A DNA stretch of 64,000 bases from positions 12,979 to 76,978 of the forward strand of contig JAZDQB010000013.1 in assembly GCA_043797205.1 (NCBI GenBank), given 5' to 3'. The stretch comes from Candidatus Woesearchaeota archaeon (GTDB taxonomy: Archaea > Nanobdellota > Nanobdellia > Woesearchaeales > GW2011-AR9). This document shows, piece after piece, positions 53,674 to 63,217 of the stretch (its first letter is position 1; every line of letters begins with the position of its first letter). Below the pieces are notes generated by a model. The model did no database searches. It saw nothing but the letters and a program-made list of their open reading frames with translations, and was not told the origin of the DNA. The translations under genes were made by a program, and so were the position numbers.

Positions 53674-55056
53674 TCAGTACGCAGAGGGGATCTTCTGGTA
53701 TTTTTTGCAATCTAAAGGGTTATTTTCTTCATTATTTTGTGATTTTTGCTCAGTTCTGGGACTAAAGGTTGGATCAACTCCCGTTTCTGAAAGATCCAAT
53801 GGCCCAATATCGCTTTCAGGCGAGCTGGATTCATCCTGTCCTTTACTGAGTAATATTGTTTCTTCTTTTACTAAACCCGCAGAACCTTTAATTGTCCCTA
53901 ATCTTGCGGATTCTTTAGCTACAACTTTTCCTAACCTCGCTCCGGCAGCTCCAACTTCTTCGCCAAGAAAACTCCAAGTCAATGTCGGTTTTAAGGCCAC
54001 ATATGCTTTATCAAGGAAAGTTTCTATTGGAGATTGCGTTTTCTGAACCAATGTTGTGGATAAAGTTTCTCCGGCGGTTTCTGCCGCAATTGCACTTACT
54101 TCCTCTGCTCCAATCTGAATGGTCTCTTTTGCGGCTACTTCTGTTCCCGATTCTACTGCTTCACTAATCACTTTTTCTTCGATTTCTTTTGCCAAGGTTT
54201 TTGCAGATTTAGCTACCTTAAGAAAATGACTTCCTCCTTTAATTGCATTTCCCAGTACTCCATCTCCCAAGACCACCCCCACTAAAGTTCCTGCGCCACG
54301 ACCTCCTTCACCAACAGCAAAATCGCCTGTTGAAAGAGAGATGTCCGCAGTATTGGCTAAAACCATCTCTCCCGTAGCTACTCCCGCTTTTACTAATTTT
54401 GAGCTTTTCACACTTGTCTCAATCACCTTTGCCGCGTTAGCTAAATAACCGGCTGCTTTTAATTCTCCTGCTCCCACGGCCATAGAAACAGCTACACCTA
54501 CGGTTTCAAGCGCATATATTCCTAGAACCAGCGCACTGGAAGGAGCATATTCATCAATTGCTTCATCTAACACTCTTTTCATTTCATAATTGGTTAATGA
54601 AACACCTCTTGCCGCTGCTTCTTCTTTGATTGTTTTTTCAACAGTCCTTTTAGTTTCTTCTGCTGCAGCTTGGTATTGCATCAATTGATCTGCCCTTTCA
54701 AAACCTAAGAAAGCACCGGCCCGGCCAAATCTTCCTCCTTCTGCACACCCGGTTTCTTCTTTGCATCCGTTTACTCCGGGAGGAATATAAGTTCCACCCA
54801 GCGCTACAACATGTTTCTCATATAATTTTGCCGGAGTAGTACGCTGATGTAATTCTGCTTTTCCTGCCCATATCGCTGCTTCTCGTATTCCTGAAACCTT
54901 TGCTTGGTAAGCACTTTCAGCTTCAGATCTAGCTTTTACTCCGTAATCTTCGGAAGGGTCTAATTTTTCAGCGGATACTAACGTAATCAAACTTAATAGT
55001 ACCATCAAAAAAATTCCCCTAAGCAGGAACTTCAACCTCTTTTTTTTAATATCCAT
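53674..55056 (-). CDS. Secreted Ala/Gly/Val-rich protein of unknown function
   Basis: Signal peptide ending SAEK. Glycine-zipper-like GTLVGVVLGDGVLGNAIKGG. Visibly more G/C-rich than its neighbours. Confidence 0.55.
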   Translation of the reverse strand: MDIKKKRLKFLLRGIFLMVLLSLITLVSAEKLDPSEDYGVKARSEAESAYQAKVSGIREAAIWAGKAELHQRTTPAKLYEKHVVALGGTYIPPGVNGCKEETGCAEGGRFGRAGAFLGFERADQLMQYQAAAEETKRTVEKTIKEEAAARGVSLTNYEMKRVLDEAIDEYAPSSALVLGIYALETVGVAVSMAVGAGELKAAGYLANAAKVIETSVKSSKLVKAGVATGEMVLANTADISLSTGDFAVGEGGRGAGTLVGVVLGDGVLGNAIKGGSHFLKVAKSAKTLAKEIEEKVISEAVESGTEVAAKETIQIGAEEVSAIAAETAGETLSTTLVQKTQSPIETFLDKAYVALKPTLTWSFLGEEVGAAGARLGKVVAKESARLGTIKGSAGLVKEETILLSKGQDESSSPESDIGPLDLSETGVDPTFSPRTEQKSQNNEENNPLDCKKYQKIPSAY

Positions 55057-55567
55057 ATTTAATTGTTATTTTACGTATCACTTCTAATTGCTCTTTAAAC
55101 AGGATCAATTTCTTACGCAATTTCTCTTTTTTTCCTTCCTTTAACGCTAAATCCATGACGATTGCTGTTTTGTACATGGTTTCTAAAGGAGTACTCAACT
55201 CGTTAATGTATTTGTGAACCCTCAAAAACTTATCTACAATACCTGGATCTTTTTTATACTCCGCAGACCTTCTTAAGAAATCTATGTCCGTGTACGCTAG
55301 GTTAAGTGCATCTAAACTATCTTTATAACGTTTTGAATACCATCTGATAAAATAAAGAAGACCCCTTTTACATTTAGCTGGATCCGCATCACTTTCCTGA
55401 CTTAACCAATCTTCTACGGCACCGACAATAATATCAAAACCCTTTTTTTTAATATTCTCTGCTGTTTCTTGGATATACTTTATTGTCTCGCTACATTTAT
55501 GGTATGTTAACCCCATCAAAAAGTTAACCATTTTATCTCTGACTATACTGAACGGATTAAATCTCAT
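55046..55567 (-). CDS. Hypothetical soluble helical protein (operon member)
   Basis: 173 aa with no hydrophobic segment. Overlaps both neighbours (4 nt and 11 nt). Confidence 0.5.
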   Translation of the reverse strand: MRFNPFSIVRDKMVNFLMGLTYHKCSETIKYIQETAENIKKKGFDIIVGAVEDWLSQESDADPAKCKRGLLYFIRWYSKRYKDSLDALNLAYTDIDFLRRSAEYKKDPGIVDKFLRVHKYINELSTPLETMYKTAIVMDLALKEGKKEKLRKKLILFKEQLEVIRKITIKYGY

Positions 55568-56997
55568 ATTATTACCTCCAAATCTATACGACTTCTTGCT
55601 GTTTGATTATTCACTAAATCCTCCACTTTTAATAATAAAGTATAATTTCCAGCGGGAGTATTTTTCGGGATAAAGAGCAAACTTGTTAAGGGTAAAACAT
55701 CGTTTTTATTTAAAGTAATATTCCTTATTTTTCCTAGAGGAGCTGTTCCATAGATGGAATTGCTTCCATCAAGGATAACCACTTCTAATTTTAGATTAGC
55801 CTGTTCATCCTTAAAATTTCCGTCAAAACCCAACAGATAAAATTCTAAATTGATTTCTTCTCCCGAACGAAATTTATTGGTTTGGTTAAACGAATAGTTA
55901 ATGGCTGATTCTGCGCTTACCGGCAGAACGTAAGCCAAATTTTTGATTAAGAGTTGACGCACACATTTTTGTGGAACTCTAACAATTCTCTTAACTTGAG
56001 TTAAATGATTATAAATATTGTATTCTAAGATATACTCCCCTTCAGAATACTCTAAGGGTAAATGCCAAAAATCAATTATTACAAACACTTTTTCCGCGTA
56101 TCTTTTAATCGATTGATTCTTTTTATCCCGCTGTGAAAGTTCTGGGATGATTTTTCCATCGGGACCATAAACTAACACATCATAAGAGTAATCAATCATG
56201 TAATTATTAGATATCAAATAGTCTGCTCTGAGAAGTATCCCTTTTTCCGTGCCAATAAAACAAATATTTTTTTCTAAATCTAAATTAGTAGAATTAAATA
56301 TTCTGCTAGAAACGTTTTCAATAATATCTACTACCTTAAAATCCCGAGAATTATTACTTAAATCTATTCCAATCTGCTTTTCTAACAAGGCATTAAAAGA
56401 ATTTGGTGAAGAACCGCTAAATGTAAATGCTACTTGTGTTCCTGCTTCCGGAGGATTCTGTAAATATGCTGAAGGTAAAGAGACTTTTGAATTAATCTTA
56501 TCTTCATAATCCATGAAATCTAATTTAGCCATTTGGAAAGCATCATTATCTTTTAGTGTGGGATAATTTTCCATTTGATCTAAAATATTTATCAGTATTT
56601 CTTCTGTCTCTTGCGGAGTGAGGTTATATTCTTCACTAAATGTTATTATCGCATCATCGCTGAAATTTGATAATTTTAAATAGAACTCCGTGGGGCTAAT
56701 TTTGGTTTGCTGAAGAAATGCTTTTAATTTCTGTTTGTCTTCAATATCGATGCGCCGAAGTTCTTCTTTAGTCAAGGAATTATTCTCTAAAAACTGTTTA
56801 GCAGTGTCATGTTTAGATTCTGATAATAAAACCTTTTCAGAAACAGTTCGTGGTTCCTGTGGAGAAGATATTTGGTGCAAGAGATAATAAATACTTGCTC
56901 CTACTGCTAATATAATAACCATTACTATTATCAAAATCAACATCTTTGAAGTTCCCTTCTTTGAAGTTCTCTTTTTGTTGTGTGAGTAGATTGGCAT
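55564..56997 (-). CDS. Membrane-anchored surface protein with C-terminal beta-sandwich
   Basis: N-terminal anchor MLILIIVMVIILAVGASIYYL. C-terminal PAGNYTLLLKVEDLVN (CARDB-like pattern). Confidence 0.55.
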   Translation of the reverse strand: MPIYSHNKKRTSKKGTSKMLILIIVMVIILAVGASIYYLLHQISSPQEPRTVSEKVLLSESKHDTAKQFLENNSLTKEELRRIDIEDKQKLKAFLQQTKISPTEFYLKLSNFSDDAIITFSEEYNLTPQETEEILINILDQMENYPTLKDNDAFQMAKLDFMDYEDKINSKVSLPSAYLQNPPEAGTQVAFTFSGSSPNSFNALLEKQIGIDLSNNSRDFKVVDIIENVSSRIFNSTNLDLEKNICFIGTEKGILLRADYLISNNYMIDYSYDVLVYGPDGKIIPELSQRDKKNQSIKRYAEKVFVIIDFWHLPLEYSEGEYILEYNIYNHLTQVKRIVRVPQKCVRQLLIKNLAYVLPVSAESAINYSFNQTNKFRSGEEINLEFYLLGFDGNFKDEQANLKLEVVILDGSNSIYGTAPLGKIRNITLNKNDVLPLTSLLFIPKNTPAGNYTLLLKVEDLVNNQTARSRIDLEVII

Positions 56998-58326
56998 TTA
57001 TATTATCCTACAATAATTACACTCTTGACATTTTCCTTCAACACACCATTGGTCTCCGTCTTTGCCACTTACTTGTGTTACCAAAGTTCCATCTTCTTTT
57101 TGGTAATTATATCTTATTTCTAACCCCGAATCGGAGATTAGCATTCGTGGATGGACTCCATTTTTGTCAAATAAGGATACCTTATTGGGGCCGTTCATTA
57201 GAGTAATTATACTTTCATCTTCAATTTGATTAACGTCTATATTTTTGTATCCTTCTCCATCTATTTTAATATCGCTGCCTCTTGCAGTTACGGTTATTCT
57301 TTTTGAATCGGGATTTGCTGAAATACAAGAAAATTTAGTGTCTTCCTTACAATCGTTAAAGTCAAAAGTAGTTTTACCTGAATTTAATAGTGCTACTTTC
57401 CTATCCTCTTTGTCTAAGAAGAGAATGTTTTTCCCTTCAAAAGTTTTTCCTTCACCAGGAAAGATAACTTGAAAATTGTTGCCTTTAAAATTACCTTCTT
57501 TAGGAGAATACTCGATGTCTTCTGAGCTGAATAATCTTACTCCAGAAAATTCACTTGTTTTTTGATTTGGCTTAAAGGTGATTAAATCTCCATTAAATCT
57601 AACTTGTTCCAAATCTCTTACCGTAATTCCGTTTATTCTGCCTGTTCCAACTATCCTAGAGATGGTCCCATCTTCAGAAACAGAGATAGTACATTTTTCA
57701 GAACAAACGATGACATTGTTCTTTGCATCAACATACGTTCCAATTGTTTCTAAATTCCCCGAATCAGAATTATAATTTATTTTTCCAGAAAATTTTCCGT
57801 TGAAGCTCGATTTGGAAATGAGGTTCCCTTCTGCATCAATCTCAAATTGTCCGGCAGGTAAAGTTTCGGGATTGAATTCACATTTAGTGGTTTTAACCTC
57901 TTTTCCGTTATAACCGCTGATCGTTCCGCCAGAAGCAATATTTAGTTTTCCGTTACTCTTATGATTTAACCAGGTGTTTAAAGTCTTTTGGTTTAATTGT
58001 GCAAAATCATTTTCGTTGAAGTTTTGAATTCTTTGTTCGAACCGGTTTAAAAAACCAGGATTGCTGGTCATTAAAGAAGGATTGTTTTGAAGAATAGAAT
58101 TAAAGGAATTTGCGTTCAAATTAGTATCCGATACAGAATTCCAATCAACCAGTTCCCATCTGACATTACCCCAATTGGTTACTGTTCCCCAATCTAAATC
58201 GTTATAATAACTGGGATCTTCCCATTTGTTTTCTGTAGCGGTGGGAATCTCCGCCCAGATGAAAATGGCCCAAAGAATAATGAATACAATACTAAATAAC
58301 ATCAACCTCTTTCTTTCTCTAACCAT
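56998..58326 (-). CDS. Membrane-anchored beta-rich surface protein (first gene of the operon)
   Basis: Anchor LMLFSIVFIILWAIFIW. Asn/Gly/Ser-rich. C-terminal CVEGKCQECNYC. Confidence 0.55.
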   Translation of the reverse strand: MVRERKRLMLFSIVFIILWAIFIWAEIPTATENKWEDPSYYNDLDWGTVTNWGNVRWELVDWNSVSDTNLNANSFNSILQNNPSLMTSNPGFLNRFEQRIQNFNENDFAQLNQKTLNTWLNHKSNGKLNIASGGTISGYNGKEVKTTKCEFNPETLPAGQFEIDAEGNLISKSSFNGKFSGKINYNSDSGNLETIGTYVDAKNNVIVCSEKCTISVSEDGTISRIVGTGRINGITVRDLEQVRFNGDLITFKPNQKTSEFSGVRLFSSEDIEYSPKEGNFKGNNFQVIFPGEGKTFEGKNILFLDKEDRKVALLNSGKTTFDFNDCKEDTKFSCISANPDSKRITVTARGSDIKIDGEGYKNIDVNQIEDESIITLMNGPNKVSLFDKNGVHPRMLISDSGLEIRYNYQKEDGTLVTQVSGKDGDQWCVEGKCQECNYCRII

Positions 58327-58412
58327 TTATCCTAAATAAGGGATAAACCCTATATAAACATTTCTTACGTTGAAGATAGATTAGGTGAACAAATTCTTCG
58401 TTACTTTTTCAA

Positions 58413-58490
58413 TTATTCCTTTTTTTCTTCCATCGCAAAACTTCCCGCCACCAGTAGCGGAAAAGCGATCGTAGCTACGCACAAATCTTT
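58413..58490 (-). pseudogene. Relic of the 3' end of a second deoxyhypusine synthase gene
   Basis: Own translation ...CVATIAFPLLVAGSFAMEEKKE*, compared with the intact C-terminus CDATIAFPLLVAGSLAIEESKP*. Differences are mostly at third codon positions. Confidence 0.6.
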
Positions 58491-58592
58491 TGGCCCACTT
58501 CGTTCGCAAAACACAAAATGAAGCAACGACTTCATTTGTGCGCAGATGAATCTTCTGGTTCATCTTGCGTATTTGGATTCAAATTCTCTCTA

Positions 58593-58618
58593 GTGGGACC
58601 TTCTTCCAGAAGTCCCAC
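58593..58618 (-). terminator. Hairpin immediately after the DHS stop
   Basis: GUGGGACUUCU-GGA-AGAAGGUCCCAC (one bulge). Confidence 0.5.
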
Positions 58619-58620
58619 GA

Positions 58621-59667
58621 CTAAGGTTTGCTTTCTTCTATTGCAAGGGAACCAGCTACCAGCAACGGAAAAGCAATGGTAGCATCACAATGAATCTTCA
58701 CATTGGGAGCGTTGGGCTTAACCTTGCCCCAAGTGATGGCTTCCTCTACCCGAGCTCCCGAATCCGAGCCATCAAACTCTTGCGCCGTATTAATGTACAC
58801 CACATAATCAAATCCTTCTCGGAAGATATTAGCGTTTAAAGCAAAATGCTTGGAGATTCCTCCTCCCAGAATAATTCCACCAGTTTTTTCTGCGTTTAAA
58901 GCAATATTTACAATATCTTTAATCTCCTTAGCTACATCCACATAAAAGTCCGCATGAGTCTGCTTGAAGAAGTAAATCATATCTCCAAAGGAGCCGTCCA
59001 CTAATCCCGGACAGAAAACCGGAATATCGTTCTTAGCGGCCCAATATAAAATAGAATTTTCATCATTGATAGCTAATCCTAATTCTCGAATCAGATCCTT
59101 CGGACAAGGTATTTTTTCCGTAGTTTTTTGTTTCTCATACTGCTCTTGCAAGAATTTCTGCATAAAGATGTCCCAATAAGCGAAACGATCGTTAGGTACA
59201 AAAATATTCCCGATGCGATTGATTCCATGCTCAAATAACATTCTTCCCGAAACATCGAATTGCCCTAATACAAACGGTTTTAAACATTTGATAATATCTT
59301 CTTCAATTCCTCCCCCCGACGTTACTAGTACATCTAATTTTTTGTGCTTTACCAAATATTTGATTATATCTCGATTACCGGAGCTAACCATATTCGAAGT
59401 GTAAGACAGAAAAATAGTGGCTTTTTCTCGGCGCATAGTTTTCACGATTTCGATTCCTTCCGCTAAATTCGTGGCTTGAAAGCCAGTTTTAGCATACGCT
59501 TGAATAAATTTCTGTAAATCAAATCCTTCGATAGTTGGATATCCTTCTAAAGTCATACATTCTTTTGGAGTAAATTGGGAATGTTTCTCTTTTAAATGTT
59601 CCACTTCAGGGGAAAATATTCTATTATTTTCTTTGTTATTTATATTCTTGTGATTTTCAAATGTCAT
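58621..59667 (-). CDS. dys: Deoxyhypusine synthase
   Basis: LSYTSNMVSSGNRDIIKYLVKHKKLDVLVTSGGGIEEDIIKC...GDMIYF. Confidence 0.9.
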   Translation of the reverse strand: MTFENHKNINNKENNRIFSPEVEHLKEKHSQFTPKECMTLEGYPTIEGFDLQKFIQAYAKTGFQATNLAEGIEIVKTMRREKATIFLSYTSNMVSSGNRDIIKYLVKHKKLDVLVTSGGGIEEDIIKCLKPFVLGQFDVSGRMLFEHGINRIGNIFVPNDRFAYWDIFMQKFLQEQYEKQKTTEKIPCPKDLIRELGLAINDENSILYWAAKNDIPVFCPGLVDGSFGDMIYFFKQTHADFYVDVAKEIKDIVNIALNAEKTGGIILGGGISKHFALNANIFREGFDYVVYINTAQEFDGSDSGARVEEAITWGKVKPNAPNVKIHCDATIAFPLLVAGSLAIEESKP

Positions 59668-60013
59668 TTTTTATTGCCTCATTATTTTATCAAATTAATG
59701 GTAAACTTAATCCACTTTTAAACCTAAAACTACCTAAATAAACTAGAAATCTTAACTTCCTGCTATTCGAACTGAATCTTGGTAATTCATATTTACTCCA
59801 AAATATAGCTTGATTTAAATAAGTTTTGTTTGAAGTTGAGAATTATATCAATGGATATCTTTGATCTTTAAATAACTTTTTGAAGATTTTATTAATTTTT
59901 GGTTCTATCTTCTTTACTCTAGAAAAGCTTTTATACCTCCCCACGAAGTTCTAAATTTTTGATGAAGAACATAATCAAGTTTAAGTTTAAAAAATTTTTG
60001 GAGTATTTTATTC

Positions 60014-61087
60014 ATGATTGATCCTCATGTTCATTGTCGAGATGAAGGCTGGGCGTACAAAGAAACTATCGCTCATGCTTTAAGCGTAGCTAAACGTGCC
60101 GGTTTGGATGGAATTTTTGACATGCCTAACAACCAGCCTATTACTACTACGAGAGAAGCGGTATTAAGAAGATTAGATTTAGCAGATAAAGTCAATAGTT
60201 CAGTGTTTTATGGATTATATGTAGGAGTTACTGCTGATCCTCAACAATTAGAAGAAGCAGTACGAGTACATCACGAATTCTTTCCCCGAGTGGTAGGATT
60301 AAAGATGTTTGCTGGACATTCGGTAGGAAATTTGGCTGTGATTGAAGAAGAGCAGCAACGTTTAGTTTATCGAACTCTGGCGGAATTAGGATACCAAGGT
60401 GTACTGGTGGTTCATTGCGAGAAGGAAGCTTTTCTTCATCCAGAATTATGGAATCCGCAAAAGATTTCTTCTCATTCTTTAGCTCGTCCCCCAGAAGCAG
60501 AAACACGTTCTGTTATCGATCAAATTAAATTTTCTAAAGTAGGAGGATTTAAAGGGCACTTACATATTGCTCATGTTTCTGTACCAGCTTCGGTATTAAT
60601 TATAGATGATGAGGCTGAGAGAGGAAATAGTCATTTAAGTTGTGGAATTACTCCGCATCATTGCCTACTAGGATATGATATCGTTCCTTTCAGGGAAGAG
60701 AATCCCTTAATTTACAAAGTTAATCCCTCCTTGAGAGAGACAGCTATGGCCGGAAGAATGAGTGAATTCTTGCAAAAAGGAATGATTGATTGGATTGAGA
60801 CCGATCATGCTCCGCATTTGATAAAAGAAAAAACGGATGCTCCTTACTTGTCTGGATTTCCCGGATTAGCGTTTTATCCTCATTTTATTAATTATCTTCG
60901 TTTGACCGGATTTAGCAATGATCAAATATCCTCTTTGACACATACCAATATCGAGCGAGTATTTGGATTTAAGATTCCAACTCGTGGCGTAACACCGGAT
61001 TATTCCTTGCATCAAGAATATGAGGTTGATGTCTACCTTAAAAGCAGAGAATTAGTTGCTCGTGAAGAGAAAAGGTTGAGGGGCTAG
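60014..61087 (+). CDS. pyrC: Dihydroorotase (amidohydrolase superfamily)
   Basis: IDPHVHCRD, VVHCE and ETDHAPH metal-ligand motifs. Adjacent to pyrD. Confidence 0.75.
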   Translation: MIDPHVHCRDEGWAYKETIAHALSVAKRAGLDGIFDMPNNQPITTTREAVLRRLDLADKVNSSVFYGLYVGVTADPQQLEEAVRVHHEFFPRVVGLKMFAGHSVGNLAVIEEEQQRLVYRTLAELGYQGVLVVHCEKEAFLHPELWNPQKISSHSLARPPEAETRSVIDQIKFSKVGGFKGHLHIAHVSVPASVLIIDDEAERGNSHLSCGITPHHCLLGYDIVPFREENPLIYKVNPSLRETAMAGRMSEFLQKGMIDWIETDHAPHLIKEKTDAPYLSGFPGLAFYPHFINYLRLTGFSNDQISSLTHTNIERVFGFKIPTRGVTPDYSLHQEYEVDVYLKSRELVAREEKRLRG

Positions 61088-61090
61088 TAA

Positions 61091-62155
61091 ATGTACAAAA
61101 AAATTATTCGTCCAATATTGTTTAGGAGCAATCCAGAAGTAATGCATGAAAGAATGTTGGGGCTAGGAGAAAGATTATTACACCACTCTTACTTAATGCG
61201 TTGGATTGATTCCACTTATGCCGTGCGGGATTCTCGCTTAGAGGTAGAATGTATGGGTTTAAAGTTTCCTAATCCGGTAGGATTGGCCGCCGGATTTGAT
61301 AAAAATGGGGTATTAATTGATTTTCTTCCTCATCTCGGATTTGGATATATGGAAGTAGGTTCAGTTACAGCAGAAGGAGGAACCGGTAATCCTAAACCCA
61401 GAATTTTTCGTTTAGTCGAAGATGAAGCGATTATTAATCGGATGGGATTGAATAATGAAGGGGCCGAAAAGATTTATGAACGTTTGAAAGGAAAGGAACA
61501 TCAATTTCCGGTGGGAATAAATATCGCTAAAACTCACGATCCAAATATTATGGGGGATGCCGCTATTCGTGATTTCTGTAAGAGTTATCGCATCATGCAT
61601 CCAGTAGCAGATTATTTAACTCTCAATATCAGTTGTCCGAACACTAAAGAAGGAAAAACCTTTGAAGATCCGGCAGTATTGGGAGAGTTATTGTCTGCTT
61701 TACGAGGAGAAGAAGGAGATTTGGGAGTTCGTCCGATGCTATTAAAGTTGTCTCCAGATTTAGATTATTTATCTTTAGATAATCTTCTCGGGGTAGGAGA
61801 AGGATACCGCATAACTGGTTATGTAATTTCCAATACTACTAAAAATCAGGTTGAACTTCGTATTTCTCAATATCAATTGGAAGGAATTGGGGTTGGGGGT
61901 GTAAGCGGAGTACCAGTGCAATTTCGTGCTCGAGAACTTACTCGTTATGTTCGGGATCATTTGCCTGAAACCACTATCATTAGTGTGGGTGGAATTAATT
62001 CTCCTCACGAAGCATTAAAAAGATTCAGTGCTGGAGCGGACTTAATTCAAGTTTATACCGGATTGATTTATGAAGGACCAGAATTGGTACGCAGAATAAA
62101 TCGTGCCCTTCTCAAATATAGTACACAAAAACCTCATCCAAAAATTCTTAACTAA
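61091..62155 (+). CDS. pyrD: Dihydroorotate dehydrogenase, family-2-like sequence but with Cys at the catalytic-base position
   Basis: N-terminal extension ILFRSNPEVMHE, FPNPVGLAAGFDKNG, GNPKPRIFRL...IINRMGLNNEG, LNISCPNT. Confidence 0.9.
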   Translation: MYKKIIRPILFRSNPEVMHERMLGLGERLLHHSYLMRWIDSTYAVRDSRLEVECMGLKFPNPVGLAAGFDKNGVLIDFLPHLGFGYMEVGSVTAEGGTGNPKPRIFRLVEDEAIINRMGLNNEGAEKIYERLKGKEHQFPVGINIAKTHDPNIMGDAAIRDFCKSYRIMHPVADYLTLNISCPNTKEGKTFEDPAVLGELLSALRGEEGDLGVRPMLLKLSPDLDYLSLDNLLGVGEGYRITGYVISNTTKNQVELRISQYQLEGIGVGGVSGVPVQFRARELTRYVRDHLPETTIISVGGINSPHEALKRFSAGADLIQVYTGLIYEGPELVRRINRALLKYSTQKPHPKILN

Positions 62156-62282
62156 TCTCTTTTAAAGCCATTAACATTTTTTCTTTAGCATCCTTATAAT
62201 GTTCATAATGGTCTTGGCACACTTTTCTTCCGCCCCATTTTCTAGTAGCTTCACGGGTACATCCTGGCTCTTCGCATTCCAT
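62148..62282 (-). CDS. Possible 44-aa zinc-ribbon-like protein (below track cutoff)
   Basis: Own translation MECEEPGCTREATRKWGGRKVCQDHYEHYKDAKEKMLMALKEIS. Its 3' end overlaps the pyrD 3' end by 8 nt. Confidence 0.3.
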   Translation of the reverse strand: MECEEPGCTREATRKWGGRKVCQDHYEHYKDAKEKMLMALKEIS

Positions 62283-62352
62283 ATCATTATAAATCCCTTC
62301 TTCATTTTAAATTTTACTAAGATTTTTATAGAAATGATATTTCTTTCCACTT

Positions 62353-63147
62353 ATGAACCTCGTAGACGTCCATTGCCATCTGAACCATGAGCTTTATCTG
62401 AAAGAATTAGATGCCGTGCTAGAAAGAGCAAAGAAAGCAGGAATAAAAGCCATTGTTTGTTCCGGAGTTAATCCCATCGGCAATCGTCAGGTGTTAGAGT
62501 TAGCTCATAAATATTCGCCGTTGATCAAAGCTTGCTTGGGTATTTTTCCCATCGATGCCATAGGCTTATCGGAAGGGGAAACCGGACTACCCAAACATCT
62601 CGGAAAGATTGATTTAGAAAAAGAGTTTGCTTTTATTCGAACACATCAAGATGAAATCGTAGGTATCGGAGAAATTGGGATGGATTTCAATTGGGATAGC
62701 GAACATCATGCTGAACAGGAAGAAAATTTTAGAAAAATTCTTCGTTTTGCTTTGTCTATTAAGAAACCCGTACTTATCCATTCTCGTAAAGCCGAGAAGG
62801 AATGTATTGATATTTTGGGGCAAGAGATTAAAAACAAAGAAATTCCTATTGTAATGCACTGTTTCTCCGGCAACAAAAAGCTGATCAAAAGAGCAGCAGA
62901 GTTAGGGATGTATTTTTCTATTCCTGCTAATATCAACAAACTACAGCACTTCCAAACTTTAGTAGAGATAGTAGATATAAAACAATTACTGACGGAAACG
63001 GACGGTCCTTGGCTCTGTCCTTATCCTCGCGGCCATAGTGAACCCGCTTTCGTGGTAGAATCGATTAAGAAAATCGCTGAAATCAAGAAGTTAAGCGAGA
63101 AGGAAGTCGCAGCTCAAATCTGGCAGAATTATGAAAGAATGTTTTGA
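62353..63147 (+). CDS. tatD: TatD-family metal-dependent hydrolase
   Basis: VDVHCHLNH, GEIGMD, IHSR, HCFSG, ETDGPW. Confidence 0.85.
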   Translation: MNLVDVHCHLNHELYLKELDAVLERAKKAGIKAIVCSGVNPIGNRQVLELAHKYSPLIKACLGIFPIDAIGLSEGETGLPKHLGKIDLEKEFAFIRTHQDEIVGIGEIGMDFNWDSEHHAEQEENFRKILRFALSIKKPVLIHSRKAEKECIDILGQEIKNKEIPIVMHCFSGNKKLIKRAAELGMYFSIPANINKLQHFQTLVEIVDIKQLLTETDGPWLCPYPRGHSEPAFVVESIKKIAEIKKLSEKEVAAQIWQNYERMF

Positions 63148-63217
63148 ACAGTAGAATCCTTGATAGTGTTTTGAAGTATAGAAATCCTTATTTAACCAAA
63201 GGTTATTCATTATTGGT

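Noticed and set aside
52045-58700. An integrated mobile element bounded by duplicated dhs 3' ends.
   Set aside because: The two dhs-end copies are only about 130 nt apart and are diverged (not att-like direct repeats flanking cargo). No integrase, replication or capsid genes were recognised in the adjacent operon.
59668-60013. The 346-nt very AT-rich divergent intergenic region as a replication origin.
   Set aside because: I could find no repeated ORB-like boxes or dyads. It is most simply two divergent promoters. This remains unresolved without a skew or ORB search.
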